The position numbers and the translations under genes are program-made. The notes under the pieces are model-generated. The model saw only the letters and a list, made by a program, of their open reading frames with translations. It was not told the DNA's origin and made no database searches. This document shows, in pieces, positions 24,875 through 32,984 of a stretch of DNA of 54,007 bases; position 1 is the stretch's first letter; every line of letters starts with the position of its first letter. Source of the DNA: Acidobacteriota bacterium (lineage in GTDB: Bacteria > Acidobacteriota > Vicinamibacteria > Vicinamibacterales > UBA2999); assembly GCA_031404695.1 (NCBI GenBank), contig JANNIB010000313.1, positions 1 to 54,007 of the forward strand. Reading direction: 5' to 3'.

Positions 24875-25585
24875 ATGACACGGGTCGGCATCATTCAATC
24901 GAACTACATCCCGTGGAAGGGCTACTTCGACATCATCCACGACGTCGACCTGTTCGTCTTCTACGACGACGTGCAGTACACGAAGAACGACTGGCGCAAC
25001 CGCAACCGCATCAAGACCGAGCACGGCGAGCGGTGGCTGACGATCCCGGTCGGCAAACGCGAGTCGCGGCGTATCTGCGACGTCGCGCTGCCGTCGAGCC
25101 CGTGGGCCCTCGACCACTGGCGGCGGCTCGAAGCGGCCTATCGCCGGGCCCCGTACTTCGAGGTCTACCGCGCCTACTTCGAGGAGTTCTACCTCAGGCG
25201 GCCATGGTCGACGCTCTCGGAGTTCAACCAGGCGCTGGTGACCGGCATCGCCCGTGACCTGCTCGGAATCACGACGCCCTATGTGGACTCGCGCACGTTC
25301 CACCTCACGCAGAGCAAGGGCGGCCGCGTGGTGGAACTGCTGCAGCACGTCGGCGCGTCCATGTATGTGTCGGGCCCATCCGCCAAGGCCTACATCACCG
25401 ACGAGGGCTTTCTCGCCGCGGGCATCAGGGTGGAGTGGAAAGACTACCGGGGCTATCCCGAATACGACCAGTTCCATGGCCCGTTCGTCCACGCGGTGAC
25501 GATCCTCGACCTGTTGTTCCACACCGGGCCCCTGGCGCCGTACTACATCTGGGGCTGGCGGGCTGCCGGCCGGGTCGCGGCGTGA
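24875..25585 (+). CDS. WbqC-family protein
   Basis: VGIIQSNYIPWKGYFDIIHDVDLFVFYDDVQYTKNDWRNRNRIK is the characteristic WbqC N-terminus. Confidence 0.8.
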   Translation: MTRVGIIQSNYIPWKGYFDIIHDVDLFVFYDDVQYTKNDWRNRNRIKTEHGERWLTIPVGKRESRRICDVALPSSPWALDHWRRLEAAYRRAPYFEVYRAYFEEFYLRRPWSTLSEFNQALVTGIARDLLGITTPYVDSRTFHLTQSKGGRVVELLQHVGASMYVSGPSAKAYITDEGFLAAGIRVEWKDYRGYPEYDQFHGPFVHAVTILDLLFHTGPLAPYYIWGWRAAGRVAA

Positions 25586-28230
25586 GCGGGTCGCCGGAAG
25601 TCACCGCCGACGCCGACCGCTGGCTGGACGGCGCGGCCATCGATCAGTCGGCGGTGCTGTTCGTGATCGGCCTGGGTGACGGGCAACTGCTGGCGGCGCT
25701 GGCTGGTCGCGGCTGGCGGGGGCAGGTCGTCGCGCTCGAGCCTGGCGGCACGTCGCCGCTGACGCCGTCTGCGGCCCTGACCATCCTGACCGGCCCCGGC
25801 TACGACGGGCTCGACGACGTGGTCAGAACGCTCGACCCCGATCGTGACCAACCAGTGGTCGTCGGCGATCCGGCGGTGATGCGGGCCTATCGCGACGAGG
25901 CGGTGAGGGTCAGCCGGCTGGTGGTGCGCGCGTGGTTCGGCGCCCGCGCGAATCAGGAGGCGCGGCGCAAGTACGCGGGGCCGTACCTGCTGAACACGCT
26001 CAGAAATCTTCCAGCGATTGCTGCCGCTGAGGATGCGGGCGCACTCGTACACGCGTTGCCAGGGCTGCCGGCCGTGTTGGTTGCCGCCGGGCCGTCACTC
26101 GACGTCAACCTGCCGGAGATCGTCGCTCATCGCGACAAGGTCGTCCTCATCGCGGTGGACACGGCCGTGCGGCCGCTGCTCACTGCCGGTGTGGAGCCTG
26201 ACTTCGTCGTCGCGCTCGATCCCAGTGACGTCAACGCGAGTCATCTCGTCGATCTGCCGGCGTGTCCGCGGACCTGGCTGGTGGGCGAGGGGAGCCTCGA
26301 TCCGGTCGCCTTCGATGCCTTCGCGGGTCGCACATTCGTGTTCCGGGTGGCCGACCATCACCCCTGGCCGTGGCTGCGCCGGATCGGCCTGGATCGGCAG
26401 CCGCTGCGAGCGTGGGGGTCGGTGCTCACCACGGCCTTCGATCTCGCGCTGCAGATGGGCTGCGACCCGATCGCGTTCACCGGCGCGGATCTGGCCTTCT
26501 CGGGCGGGAGGCCCTACGCGCGCGACACCACCTTCGAGGAAGAATGGCGCCGGGCGCGGGCATGGGGCGACTCGCTCGAGACCAGCTGGGCGCAACGCCT
26601 CGCGGCGTGGCCCGAGACGTTCGAACCCGGCGTCGACGGCACCCGCGCGCGCACGGCCCCGCACCTGTGCGCCTTTCGCGACTGGATTACCGCCGAAGCC
26701 GCCCGTGTCCCCGGTCGCGTGGTCGTCAATGCCACCGGCGCCGGCATCCTGGCCGGACCGGCCGTGCGGCAGGTGACGCTGACCGAGGCCCTTCGCGGCC
26801 GCGAGCCGCTGGCGGTCTCCGCGTCGGAGGTGATGCGGCGACGGCAGGCGAGTGGCCAGCGACGCGCCCACATCGCGGTGCCGCCGGTGAACGACGACGT
26901 GCGCCATGACTGGCAGACGTTTGTCGGCGTGAGCGCCGAGGCCATCGACGACGCCCTGCGGGCGCCGGCGCCCGCTGACGAGTCGGCCCCTGCCGCGCTG
27001 CCTGGCTCGGCGGAGGCGGCCACCCAAACCGACGCCGACGAACGTTATCTGCAGGGCCTTGCGGGCACGACGTCGCTGCGGCGCTACCGCGTCACCCGTC
27101 CCGACCAGGACCTGCTCGGCGAACTGCGTGCACTGACGCGCGGGCTCAGCGCCTCCGACGCGATCGTCGTCGTGGACGAGATCGGCGTGGGCGCCGGCGC
27201 GCAGGTGCGGCAGGCCGTCGACGTGCTTCTCTGCGAGCGGCCCGACCTCTGGCTCGAGTACCGACGGTTCGTCGATCACGCTTCGCGTCTCACGATCCTC
27301 CGCGGTAAGGCGTCGCGCCTCACGCCGCCGGCGCACCAAGCCGATCGGGCCAAGTGGGACCCGCAGCACGCGGCGGTCGCGTCGGAGCTCGTGCCGCTTC
27401 TGGCACGTCAACTTGGTCCCCGCAGCGTCGTCGACCTCGGGAGCGGCGCCGGCTACTGGCTGCGCGCCTTCGAAGCCGCCGGGGTGACCGACGTGCTGGG
27501 CGTCTCCGCCCGCACGACGCCGCTTGGCGCGGTGCCCGATCCGGGCCGGCGCTTCGACCTGTGTCTGTGTCTCGAGGTGGCGCAGGAGCTGTCGCCCGGC
27601 GATCAGCAGGCACTCGTCGGCGCCTGCGCGCGAGCCAGCGACGTGGTCGTGTTCTCGTCGCGGCTGCCGGGGGCGCCCGGGTCGAGTCCACACGATCGTC
27701 CCCTGCAGTATTGGGCGGAGCTGTTCTGGCGCCACGGCTACGTCCTCGACGACACGCTGCGACAGGTGCTCGAGCGGCAGGCGGACATCCCGCGCTCGGT
27801 GTTCGAGGTGATGGTCACGTTTCGCCGTGCTCGTCAGGCGCCGTTGGTTGCCGACGCGGACGGCGCCGAGGCGACGTTGCGGGAGCTGGCGCTGGCGTCG
27901 GCCGCACGCCTGAACGATCTCTACACGCAGAAGATCTGGTGGGCAGTGGCGGCGCTCGACCTGCGGCAGGCAGCGCAGATCGAGGTCCCGCGGCCGGAAG
28001 ACCAGCCCTGGCACATTCCCGCCTCACGCCTCCTGACGTCGACCGATGGCGCGCGCGTATTCCGCTTCCGCACCGGCGCGGCACGCTGGTACGTGACGCA
28101 CCCGGCGTCGACCCTGCGGGTGCTGGAGGACGGGCGTCCGCTGCCAGCCCTCGGCCCCCGGCACGCGGCCGACCGGACCTGGCGGCGGCTGGACGCGCTG
28201 GCGCGACGAGATCCGCGTGTGGTCGAGTGA
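25582..28230 (+). CDS. maf: motility-associated factor (Maf, DUF115/MptE-like) fused to a C-terminal class I methyltransferase-like domain
   Basis: VLVAAGPSLDVNLPEIVAHRDKVVLIAVDTAVRPLLTAGVEPDFVVALDP and AFDLALQMGCDPIAFTGADLAF form the DUF115 core. The C-terminal VVDLGSGAGYWLRAFEAAGV...FDLCLCLEVAQEL is methyltransferase-like. GTGA overlap with wbqC. Confidence 0.8.
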   Translation: MSGSPEVTADADRWLDGAAIDQSAVLFVIGLGDGQLLAALAGRGWRGQVVALEPGGTSPLTPSAALTILTGPGYDGLDDVVRTLDPDRDQPVVVGDPAVMRAYRDEAVRVSRLVVRAWFGARANQEARRKYAGPYLLNTLRNLPAIAAAEDAGALVHALPGLPAVLVAAGPSLDVNLPEIVAHRDKVVLIAVDTAVRPLLTAGVEPDFVVALDPSDVNASHLVDLPACPRTWLVGEGSLDPVAFDAFAGRTFVFRVADHHPWPWLRRIGLDRQPLRAWGSVLTTAFDLALQMGCDPIAFTGADLAFSGGRPYARDTTFEEEWRRARAWGDSLETSWAQRLAAWPETFEPGVDGTRARTAPHLCAFRDWITAEAARVPGRVVVNATGAGILAGPAVRQVTLTEALRGREPLAVSASEVMRRRQASGQRRAHIAVPPVNDDVRHDWQTFVGVSAEAIDDALRAPAPADESAPAALPGSAEAATQTDADERYLQGLAGTTSLRRYRVTRPDQDLLGELRALTRGLSASDAIVVVDEIGVGAGAQVRQAVDVLLCERPDLWLEYRRFVDHASRLTILRGKASRLTPPAHQADRAKWDPQHAAVASELVPLLARQLGPRSVVDLGSGAGYWLRAFEAAGVTDVLGVSARTTPLGAVPDPGRRFDLCLCLEVAQELSPGDQQALVGACARASDVVVFSSRLPGAPGSSPHDRPLQYWAELFWRHGYVLDDTLRQVLERQADIPRSVFEVMVTFRRARQAPLVADADGAEATLRELALASAARLNDLYTQKIWWAVAALDLRQAAQIEVPRPEDQPWHIPASRLLTSTDGARVFRFRTGAARWYVTHPASTLRVLEDGRPLPALGPRHAADRTWRRLDALARRDPRVVE

Positions 28231-28401
28231 TGGCTCCGATCCCCGGACCAACCGCCGCTACAGCGTCGTGCTGCCGGGGCACGTCGCCTGGGCCGAGAGC
28301 CAGCCGCTCGGCGACGTGCTCCGCGACGACCTCTGACGCGGCGTCCGGTTGGTGCTCATGCCGACCGCGCCAAGGCCAGCGTGCCGCCGCCACGCGAGCC
28401 G

Positions 28402-29691
28402 TCAGCGGCTGGCGAGGGCGCCGGCGGCGAGCAGGCGTTCTGCCGTCGCGCGTCCGGCCACGATTCGCAGCAAGCGCGTGAGCTGGTGCTCGCGATCGTG
28501 ATGGGTCGTCACGTAGCGGTCGTTAGCTCGCGCCATCTCCGTCGTCCGAGCGGGATCGTCGAGCAGTGCGGCGACAGCCGCGCAGACCTGCGGCACGCCG
28601 AAGGGCCGCAGCCGATGGACTGACAGTCCTCGCTCGCCTTCGAGGGCATAGGACGCCTGGTCCGCCACCACCACGGCGCTGCCGCAGGCCACTGCCTGCT
28701 GCACGCTCCAGGACACCGGTTCGAGCGTGCCGACCAGCGAGAGCGAGACATCGGCCACCGACATCAGCTCCGCCACCGTGGCGAGCGGCGCGTTGCCGCG
28801 CACGAACGTGACGCGATCGGCGAGGCCCCGCCCGCGGGCCTCGACTTCGGCTGCCGCGATGTCCCCATCGCTGCCAGATCCGCCGAGGACGACGAGATGG
28901 AGCGCGGGGCGCGCCTGGGCCAGGGCCACCATCGCCGGCCACGCCACACCACTGCCCCAGTGGGGCAGGACGCGGCGGACGTTCATCAGCACCGGCGCCC
29001 CGGCAGTGATGCCGTGCTTGTGCCGCACCCGGGCGTCGTCGGCCCCGGTAGCGCGGCGGAACATCCGCCGATCGACACCGTACGAGATGCGGGCGATGCG
29101 CGCACGTGGCAGGTCGAACCGCTCGTGGATGGCGTCTTCCATCGTCGAGGTGTTGGTCAGCACGTAGTGCACGTCGTGCAGCGCCTGGCGCACCAGCGCG
29201 TGCGCGACGTCGGTCATCGGCGCGTACTGCAGCACGTCGGCGCCCCACGCCATCAGCGCCCGTCGCGGGGCCGCGCAGCAACTGGTGGCCAGGCCGTGCG
29301 CGAAGGCCTCGTGGCCGAAGACGCAGGCCGGGTCGAGGGCGTCGGCGGCCGCCGCGATGAGCAGCGCGTCGTGCGCCGGCGGCGCAACCGACGGCGGCAC
29401 GGCCGTGTGAGCCCAGGCCTGCAGGGCGGTGCGGACGCGGGCCGGATCCAGCGCCAGGCTGCTGGTGTTGACGGCATCGAGGAACGAGTAGACGGCACGG
29501 GCGGCCGACACCGCCCACGCCGGCGCCAGCGACTCGGCGGAGACGACCGGCAGGTCACCGTCAACCGTGTGCCCGCCTTGCCAGCGCGCGGCCAGGATGA
29601 CGGCGTCGACGCCGCGCTCCCGCCAGAAACGCACCGGCGTCTGCACGAAGACCGAGGCCGGATCCCCGATGACGACCACACGATCTCTCAT
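28402..29691 (-). CDS. glycosyltransferase, GT-B fold (GT1/GT4-like), divergent from the third operon
   Basis: The C-terminal half LHLVVLGGSGS...ADRVTFVRGNAP...MSVADVSLSLV...SVQQAVACGSAVVVAD is GT1-like. The N-terminal half is atypical. Confidence 0.7.
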   Translation of the reverse strand: MRDRVVVIGDPASVFVQTPVRFWRERGVDAVILAARWQGGHTVDGDLPVVSAESLAPAWAVSAARAVYSFLDAVNTSSLALDPARVRTALQAWAHTAVPPSVAPPAHDALLIAAAADALDPACVFGHEAFAHGLATSCCAAPRRALMAWGADVLQYAPMTDVAHALVRQALHDVHYVLTNTSTMEDAIHERFDLPRARIARISYGVDRRMFRRATGADDARVRHKHGITAGAPVLMNVRRVLPHWGSGVAWPAMVALAQARPALHLVVLGGSGSDGDIAAAEVEARGRGLADRVTFVRGNAPLATVAELMSVADVSLSLVGTLEPVSWSVQQAVACGSAVVVADQASYALEGERGLSVHRLRPFGVPQVCAAVAALLDDPARTTEMARANDRYVTTHHDREHQLTRLLRIVAGRATAERLLAAGALASR

Positions 29692-29777
29692 GGCGATGCC
29701 GGACGGGAAGAAGCAAGACAGGCGCCATCGGTGGCGCGGTTGGCGCCGCGCGCCTCACTGTCTCCCGGCCAGTCGAC

Positions 29778-29793
29778 TGGTACCGAACTTGCC
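29778..29793 (+). promoter_or_regulatory. sigma-54-type promoter upstream of the third glycosylation operon
   Basis: TGGTAC-CGAAC-TTGCC has exact GG/GC spacing and a TTGC -12 element. It lies in the 273 bp divergent gap, about 170 nt upstream of the ATG at 29965. Confidence 0.55.
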
Positions 29794-29964
29794 ATTCAGC
29801 AGGCCGTGCGGTGACGCCATGCACGGCCCGGCGTCACTGGCGCGCAGATCACGGCAGAAAAGGCCGCCAGCGGCCGAGCCGCGGTGAGGCGTCATCGGAC
29901 GCCCGACACCGGTGTCGGCAGACCGGCAGACCGTCCGGTGAGCGGACGGTGGAACGAGCGGACG

Positions 29965-31656
29965 ATGACGATGACCACGGCTGACACGGCATGTGAGGTG
30001 ACCACCGACGCTCCGGCGTGGGCGGCCTCACCGCGTGTGCTGATGTTCCGGTCGTGCCGCATGCCGCAGTTCGCCGCGACGCTGGCCTGGGTCCGCGCCC
30101 GCTGGCCCTCGGCGGCGATCGACGTCGTCACCTCGTCCGGCTTCGACGAGTCGCTGCGCGCCGAAGGCGTGTCGAGGCTCTTCCACTACGACGGCGCGGC
30201 CCTGGGCCTGCTCAGGCACGCAGCACTGGTGAGACGCCTGCGGGCCGAGCACTTCGACCACATCGTCATTCCCCAGGCGAACAACGCCGCCGTGCGCCAC
30301 GCCAATCTGTATCGGGCGGCGCGTGCCATCGGCGCCGCGCGTTTTGTCGTCGCGGCGGCCGATACGGCCCCCGTGGTGCTCGAGCCGCGCGCCTTCGGCC
30401 GGCTGACGCTGCTGGCGTCGTTCGGCCGCCTGCTCGATGCCATCGATGTGCCGCTGCTGCTGGCGCAGCTGGCCCTCGCCTGGATGTGGCCCCGGGCCGC
30501 GCTCACGCCCGGCCGGACTCGCCGGCGCGTCCTGCACGTCATCAGCTCGCTCGGCGTCGGCGGGGCCCAGGTGCAGCTCGCCGAGTTGCTCAGCCGCACC
30601 GAACGCGCCGCCTACGATGTCGAGGTCCTGGTACTCGGCCGCCAGGACGGCGAGTTCTCGCGCCAGTGGCTGACGCGCGACGACATCACGTTTCACTACG
30701 CCGCGGGATGGCCGCGCCGCTCACAGGTGGTCGTCGAGATCGCGCGACTGTGCCGCCGAGAGCGCTACGACCTCGTGCACACGTGGCTGTTCATGGCCAA
30801 CGTCGTTGGTGCCGCCGGCGCCCGGCTGGGCGGTGTGCCACGGCTCATCGGCTCGGTGCGCAACCTGAGTCTGTGGAAGCGCACTTGGTACGCGCAGTGG
30901 TGGTTCCGCATCGCCGATGCCCTGGCGACCCGGCTGGCGGACCGTGTCACGGTGAACGCCACGCCGCTGGTGGCCGACCACGCTGCCTGGACGTGGCTGC
31001 GGCCCGAACGCCTCGCCGTCGTGCACAACGGGCTGGATCCTGCGCGGGTCGTCGCGCACGGTGCCGACGCGCGCGCATGGCTGCGCCAGATGCTGCAGCT
31101 GCCGGCGGAGACGCCGGTGGTCGGCACGGTCGGGCGCCTGGCGCCCGAGAAGGACCAGGCGATGTTCGTGCGCGCAGTGGCACTGGCCGGTGCCGACCGC
31201 CCCGATCTGCATGCCGTCATCGTCGGAGAGGGCCAGATGCGCGAGCCGCTGGAGCGCCAGGTGCGTGAGCTAGGACTCAGTGGCCGTGTGCACCTGCTCG
31301 GCGAACGGGCCGACTCGCGCCGGATCATCGCTGGGCTCGACGTCTTCGTGCTCACCTCGCACATCGAAGGGTTCGCCAACGTGTTGCTCGAAGCCGCCTT
31401 CCTCGGTGTGCCAGCCCTGTCCACGCGGGTGGGTGGGGCGGTGGACCTGCTCGACGACGACGATCTCGTGATGCCCGACGACGCCGGCGGCACCTGCCGC
31501 GGCATCCTCGAGCGGCTGGCCCGTCCCGAGCGGAGCGAGCGCCAGGCCGCGACGACGCGCCAGCGGGCGTTCGAACGATTCACCACCGACCATTCCACGT
31601 CGCAGTGGTTTGCGCTGTACGACCAGGTGTTGTCCGACAAAGGAGAAGGCCAGTGA
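29965..31656 (+). CDS. two-domain protein: uncharacterised N-terminal domain of about 190 aa plus a GT1/GT4 glycosyltransferase
   Basis: The GT part has VLHVISSLGVGGAQ...VGRLAPEKDQ...VFVLTSHIEGFANVLLEAAFLGVPALSTRVGG. The N-terminal part (RVLMFRSCRMPQFAATLAWV...) is paralogous to the free-standing ORF at 34888-35403. Confidence 0.75.
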   Translation: MTMTTADTACEVTTDAPAWAASPRVLMFRSCRMPQFAATLAWVRARWPSAAIDVVTSSGFDESLRAEGVSRLFHYDGAALGLLRHAALVRRLRAEHFDHIVIPQANNAAVRHANLYRAARAIGAARFVVAAADTAPVVLEPRAFGRLTLLASFGRLLDAIDVPLLLAQLALAWMWPRAALTPGRTRRRVLHVISSLGVGGAQVQLAELLSRTERAAYDVEVLVLGRQDGEFSRQWLTRDDITFHYAAGWPRRSQVVVEIARLCRRERYDLVHTWLFMANVVGAAGARLGGVPRLIGSVRNLSLWKRTWYAQWWFRIADALATRLADRVTVNATPLVADHAAWTWLRPERLAVVHNGLDPARVVAHGADARAWLRQMLQLPAETPVVGTVGRLAPEKDQAMFVRAVALAGADRPDLHAVIVGEGQMREPLERQVRELGLSGRVHLLGERADSRRIIAGLDVFVLTSHIEGFANVLLEAAFLGVPALSTRVGGAVDLLDDDDLVMPDDAGGTCRGILERLARPERSERQAATTRQRAFERFTTDHSTSQWFALYDQVLSDKGEGQ

Positions 31657-32981
31657 AGAGTGACCTGCTGCAGTGGATCTGCTGCCCGGCCTGCAAGGGC
31701 GGCCTGGCGCTCGAGGTGGCGGCCGGTGACGCGTTGTCGGTGACGGAGGGCACCTTGACGTGCCGGCCGTGCGCCCACACCTACCCGATTGTTCGCGGCG
31801 TGCCACGGTTCGTCGCGCACGACGGCTACGTCAAGACCTTCTCGTACGAGTGGAACAAGTGGGGCCGGGTGCAGTTCGACCCGGCGAACGGCCGCACCGA
31901 GTCGGAAGAAACCTTCACCGAGAAGACCGGCTTCACGCCGGCGGATCTCGAAGGCAAGCTGGTGCTCGACGTCGGTTGCGGCGCCGGCCGGTTCCTCGAC
32001 ATCGCGTCGCGCTGGGGGGCACGAGCCATCGGGATCGACTTCTCATTCGCGGTGGAAGCCTCGCACGACAATCTCGGCCAGCGCCCGAAAGTGGACGTCA
32101 TCCAGGCCGATGTGTTCAACCTCCCGTTTCGCGACGAGGTGTTCGACGTCATCTTCTCGATCGGCGTGCTGCACCACACGCGCGACACGCGCGAGGCCTT
32201 CCTCCGGCTCCCGCGTCACCTGAAAAACAGCGGCCACATCGCCGTGTGGCTCTACTACTACACCGACCAGCTCTACAATCGCGCCAGCGACTTCTGGCGG
32301 CGGGTCGTACGCGGCTGGCCGAACGGCGCCATCTATGCGTTCTGCTGGACGCTGTGTCTGCTGTTCTCCCGCCTCTACAGCCAGCCCTTCATGTCGCGCC
32401 GGCCGTGGGGACATCTGCGGCGCGTGCTGCCGGTCAACACCCATCCCGACTGGCACTGGCGCGTCCTCGACACCTTCGACTGGTACTCACCGCTGTATCA
32501 GGACAAAGACTGCTCGCCCGAGCGGGTCGCCTCGTGGTGCCGTGAAGGGCGGCTGCACGATGTCGAGATCCTCAGCTTCCCGACCTCGATTCGCGCCGTC
32601 AAAGACGTGGAGAACACGCGGCCGCTCATCAAGACCCTGCCGGACCTGCACAACCGGCGTCTGGTGGTGTTCGGCGCCGGCGCGGCCGGCGTGCTGGCCT
32701 TCGAGGAGCTCCGCAAGATCGGCCTCGCGCACCAGGTGGTCGCCGTCTGCGACAACGACCCGGCCAAGACGGGGAAGACCTTCGAGGGCTGCACAGTCAC
32801 GCCGTTTGCGGCGCTGCCGCGTGACAGCTACGACCACATCGTGATCGCCTCGCAGTACGGCCTGCCCGCCATCTCGGCGCAGCTGCGCGAGTCGGGTCTG
32901 GTCGACAAGCAGGACTTCTTCTCGATCGGCTTCGTCGAGAACCTGGGGCCGCTGCTGCGGCTGGCCAGGCAGGACGCGTAG
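31653..32981 (+). CDS. Trm112-like zinc-ribbon plus class I SAM methyltransferase plus C-terminal Rossmann-like domain
   Basis: CCPACKGGL...CRPCAHTYPIVRGVPRF is the zinc ribbon. VLDVGCGAGRFLD...VFDVIFSIGVLHH is the methyltransferase. RLVVFGAGAAGVLAFEEL...VAVCDNDPAK resembles a NeuD/PglD N-terminal nucleotide-binding fold. GTGA overlap with the previous gene. Confidence 0.8.
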   Translation: MKSDLLQWICCPACKGGLALEVAAGDALSVTEGTLTCRPCAHTYPIVRGVPRFVAHDGYVKTFSYEWNKWGRVQFDPANGRTESEETFTEKTGFTPADLEGKLVLDVGCGAGRFLDIASRWGARAIGIDFSFAVEASHDNLGQRPKVDVIQADVFNLPFRDEVFDVIFSIGVLHHTRDTREAFLRLPRHLKNSGHIAVWLYYYTDQLYNRASDFWRRVVRGWPNGAIYAFCWTLCLLFSRLYSQPFMSRRPWGHLRRVLPVNTHPDWHWRVLDTFDWYSPLYQDKDCSPERVASWCREGRLHDVEILSFPTSIRAVKDVENTRPLIKTLPDLHNRRLVVFGAGAAGVLAFEELRKIGLAHQVVAVCDNDPAKTGKTFEGCTVTPFAALPRDSYDHIVIASQYGLPAISAQLRESGLVDKQDFFSIGFVENLGPLLRLARQDA

Positions 32982-32984
32982 GGT

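Noticed and set aside
9784-25581. The long N-terminal extensions given by the ORF track for several genes (starts at 9784, 11602, 12963, 14576, 15466, 15990, 17971, 20917, 23833, 24818 and 25435).
   Set aside because: The extensions overlap the preceding gene and are Arg-rich nonsense. Conserved family N-termini begin at internal ATG/GTG codons that form ATGA/GTGA/TGATG overlaps or follow Shine-Dalgarno sequences.
28231-28401. The 171 bp convergent gap between the Maf fusion and the minus-strand glycosyltransferase, searched for a small RNA, repeat or terminator.
   Set aside because: I found no convincing stem-loop, repeat or conserved motif by eye. It is probably just a convergent 3' spacer.
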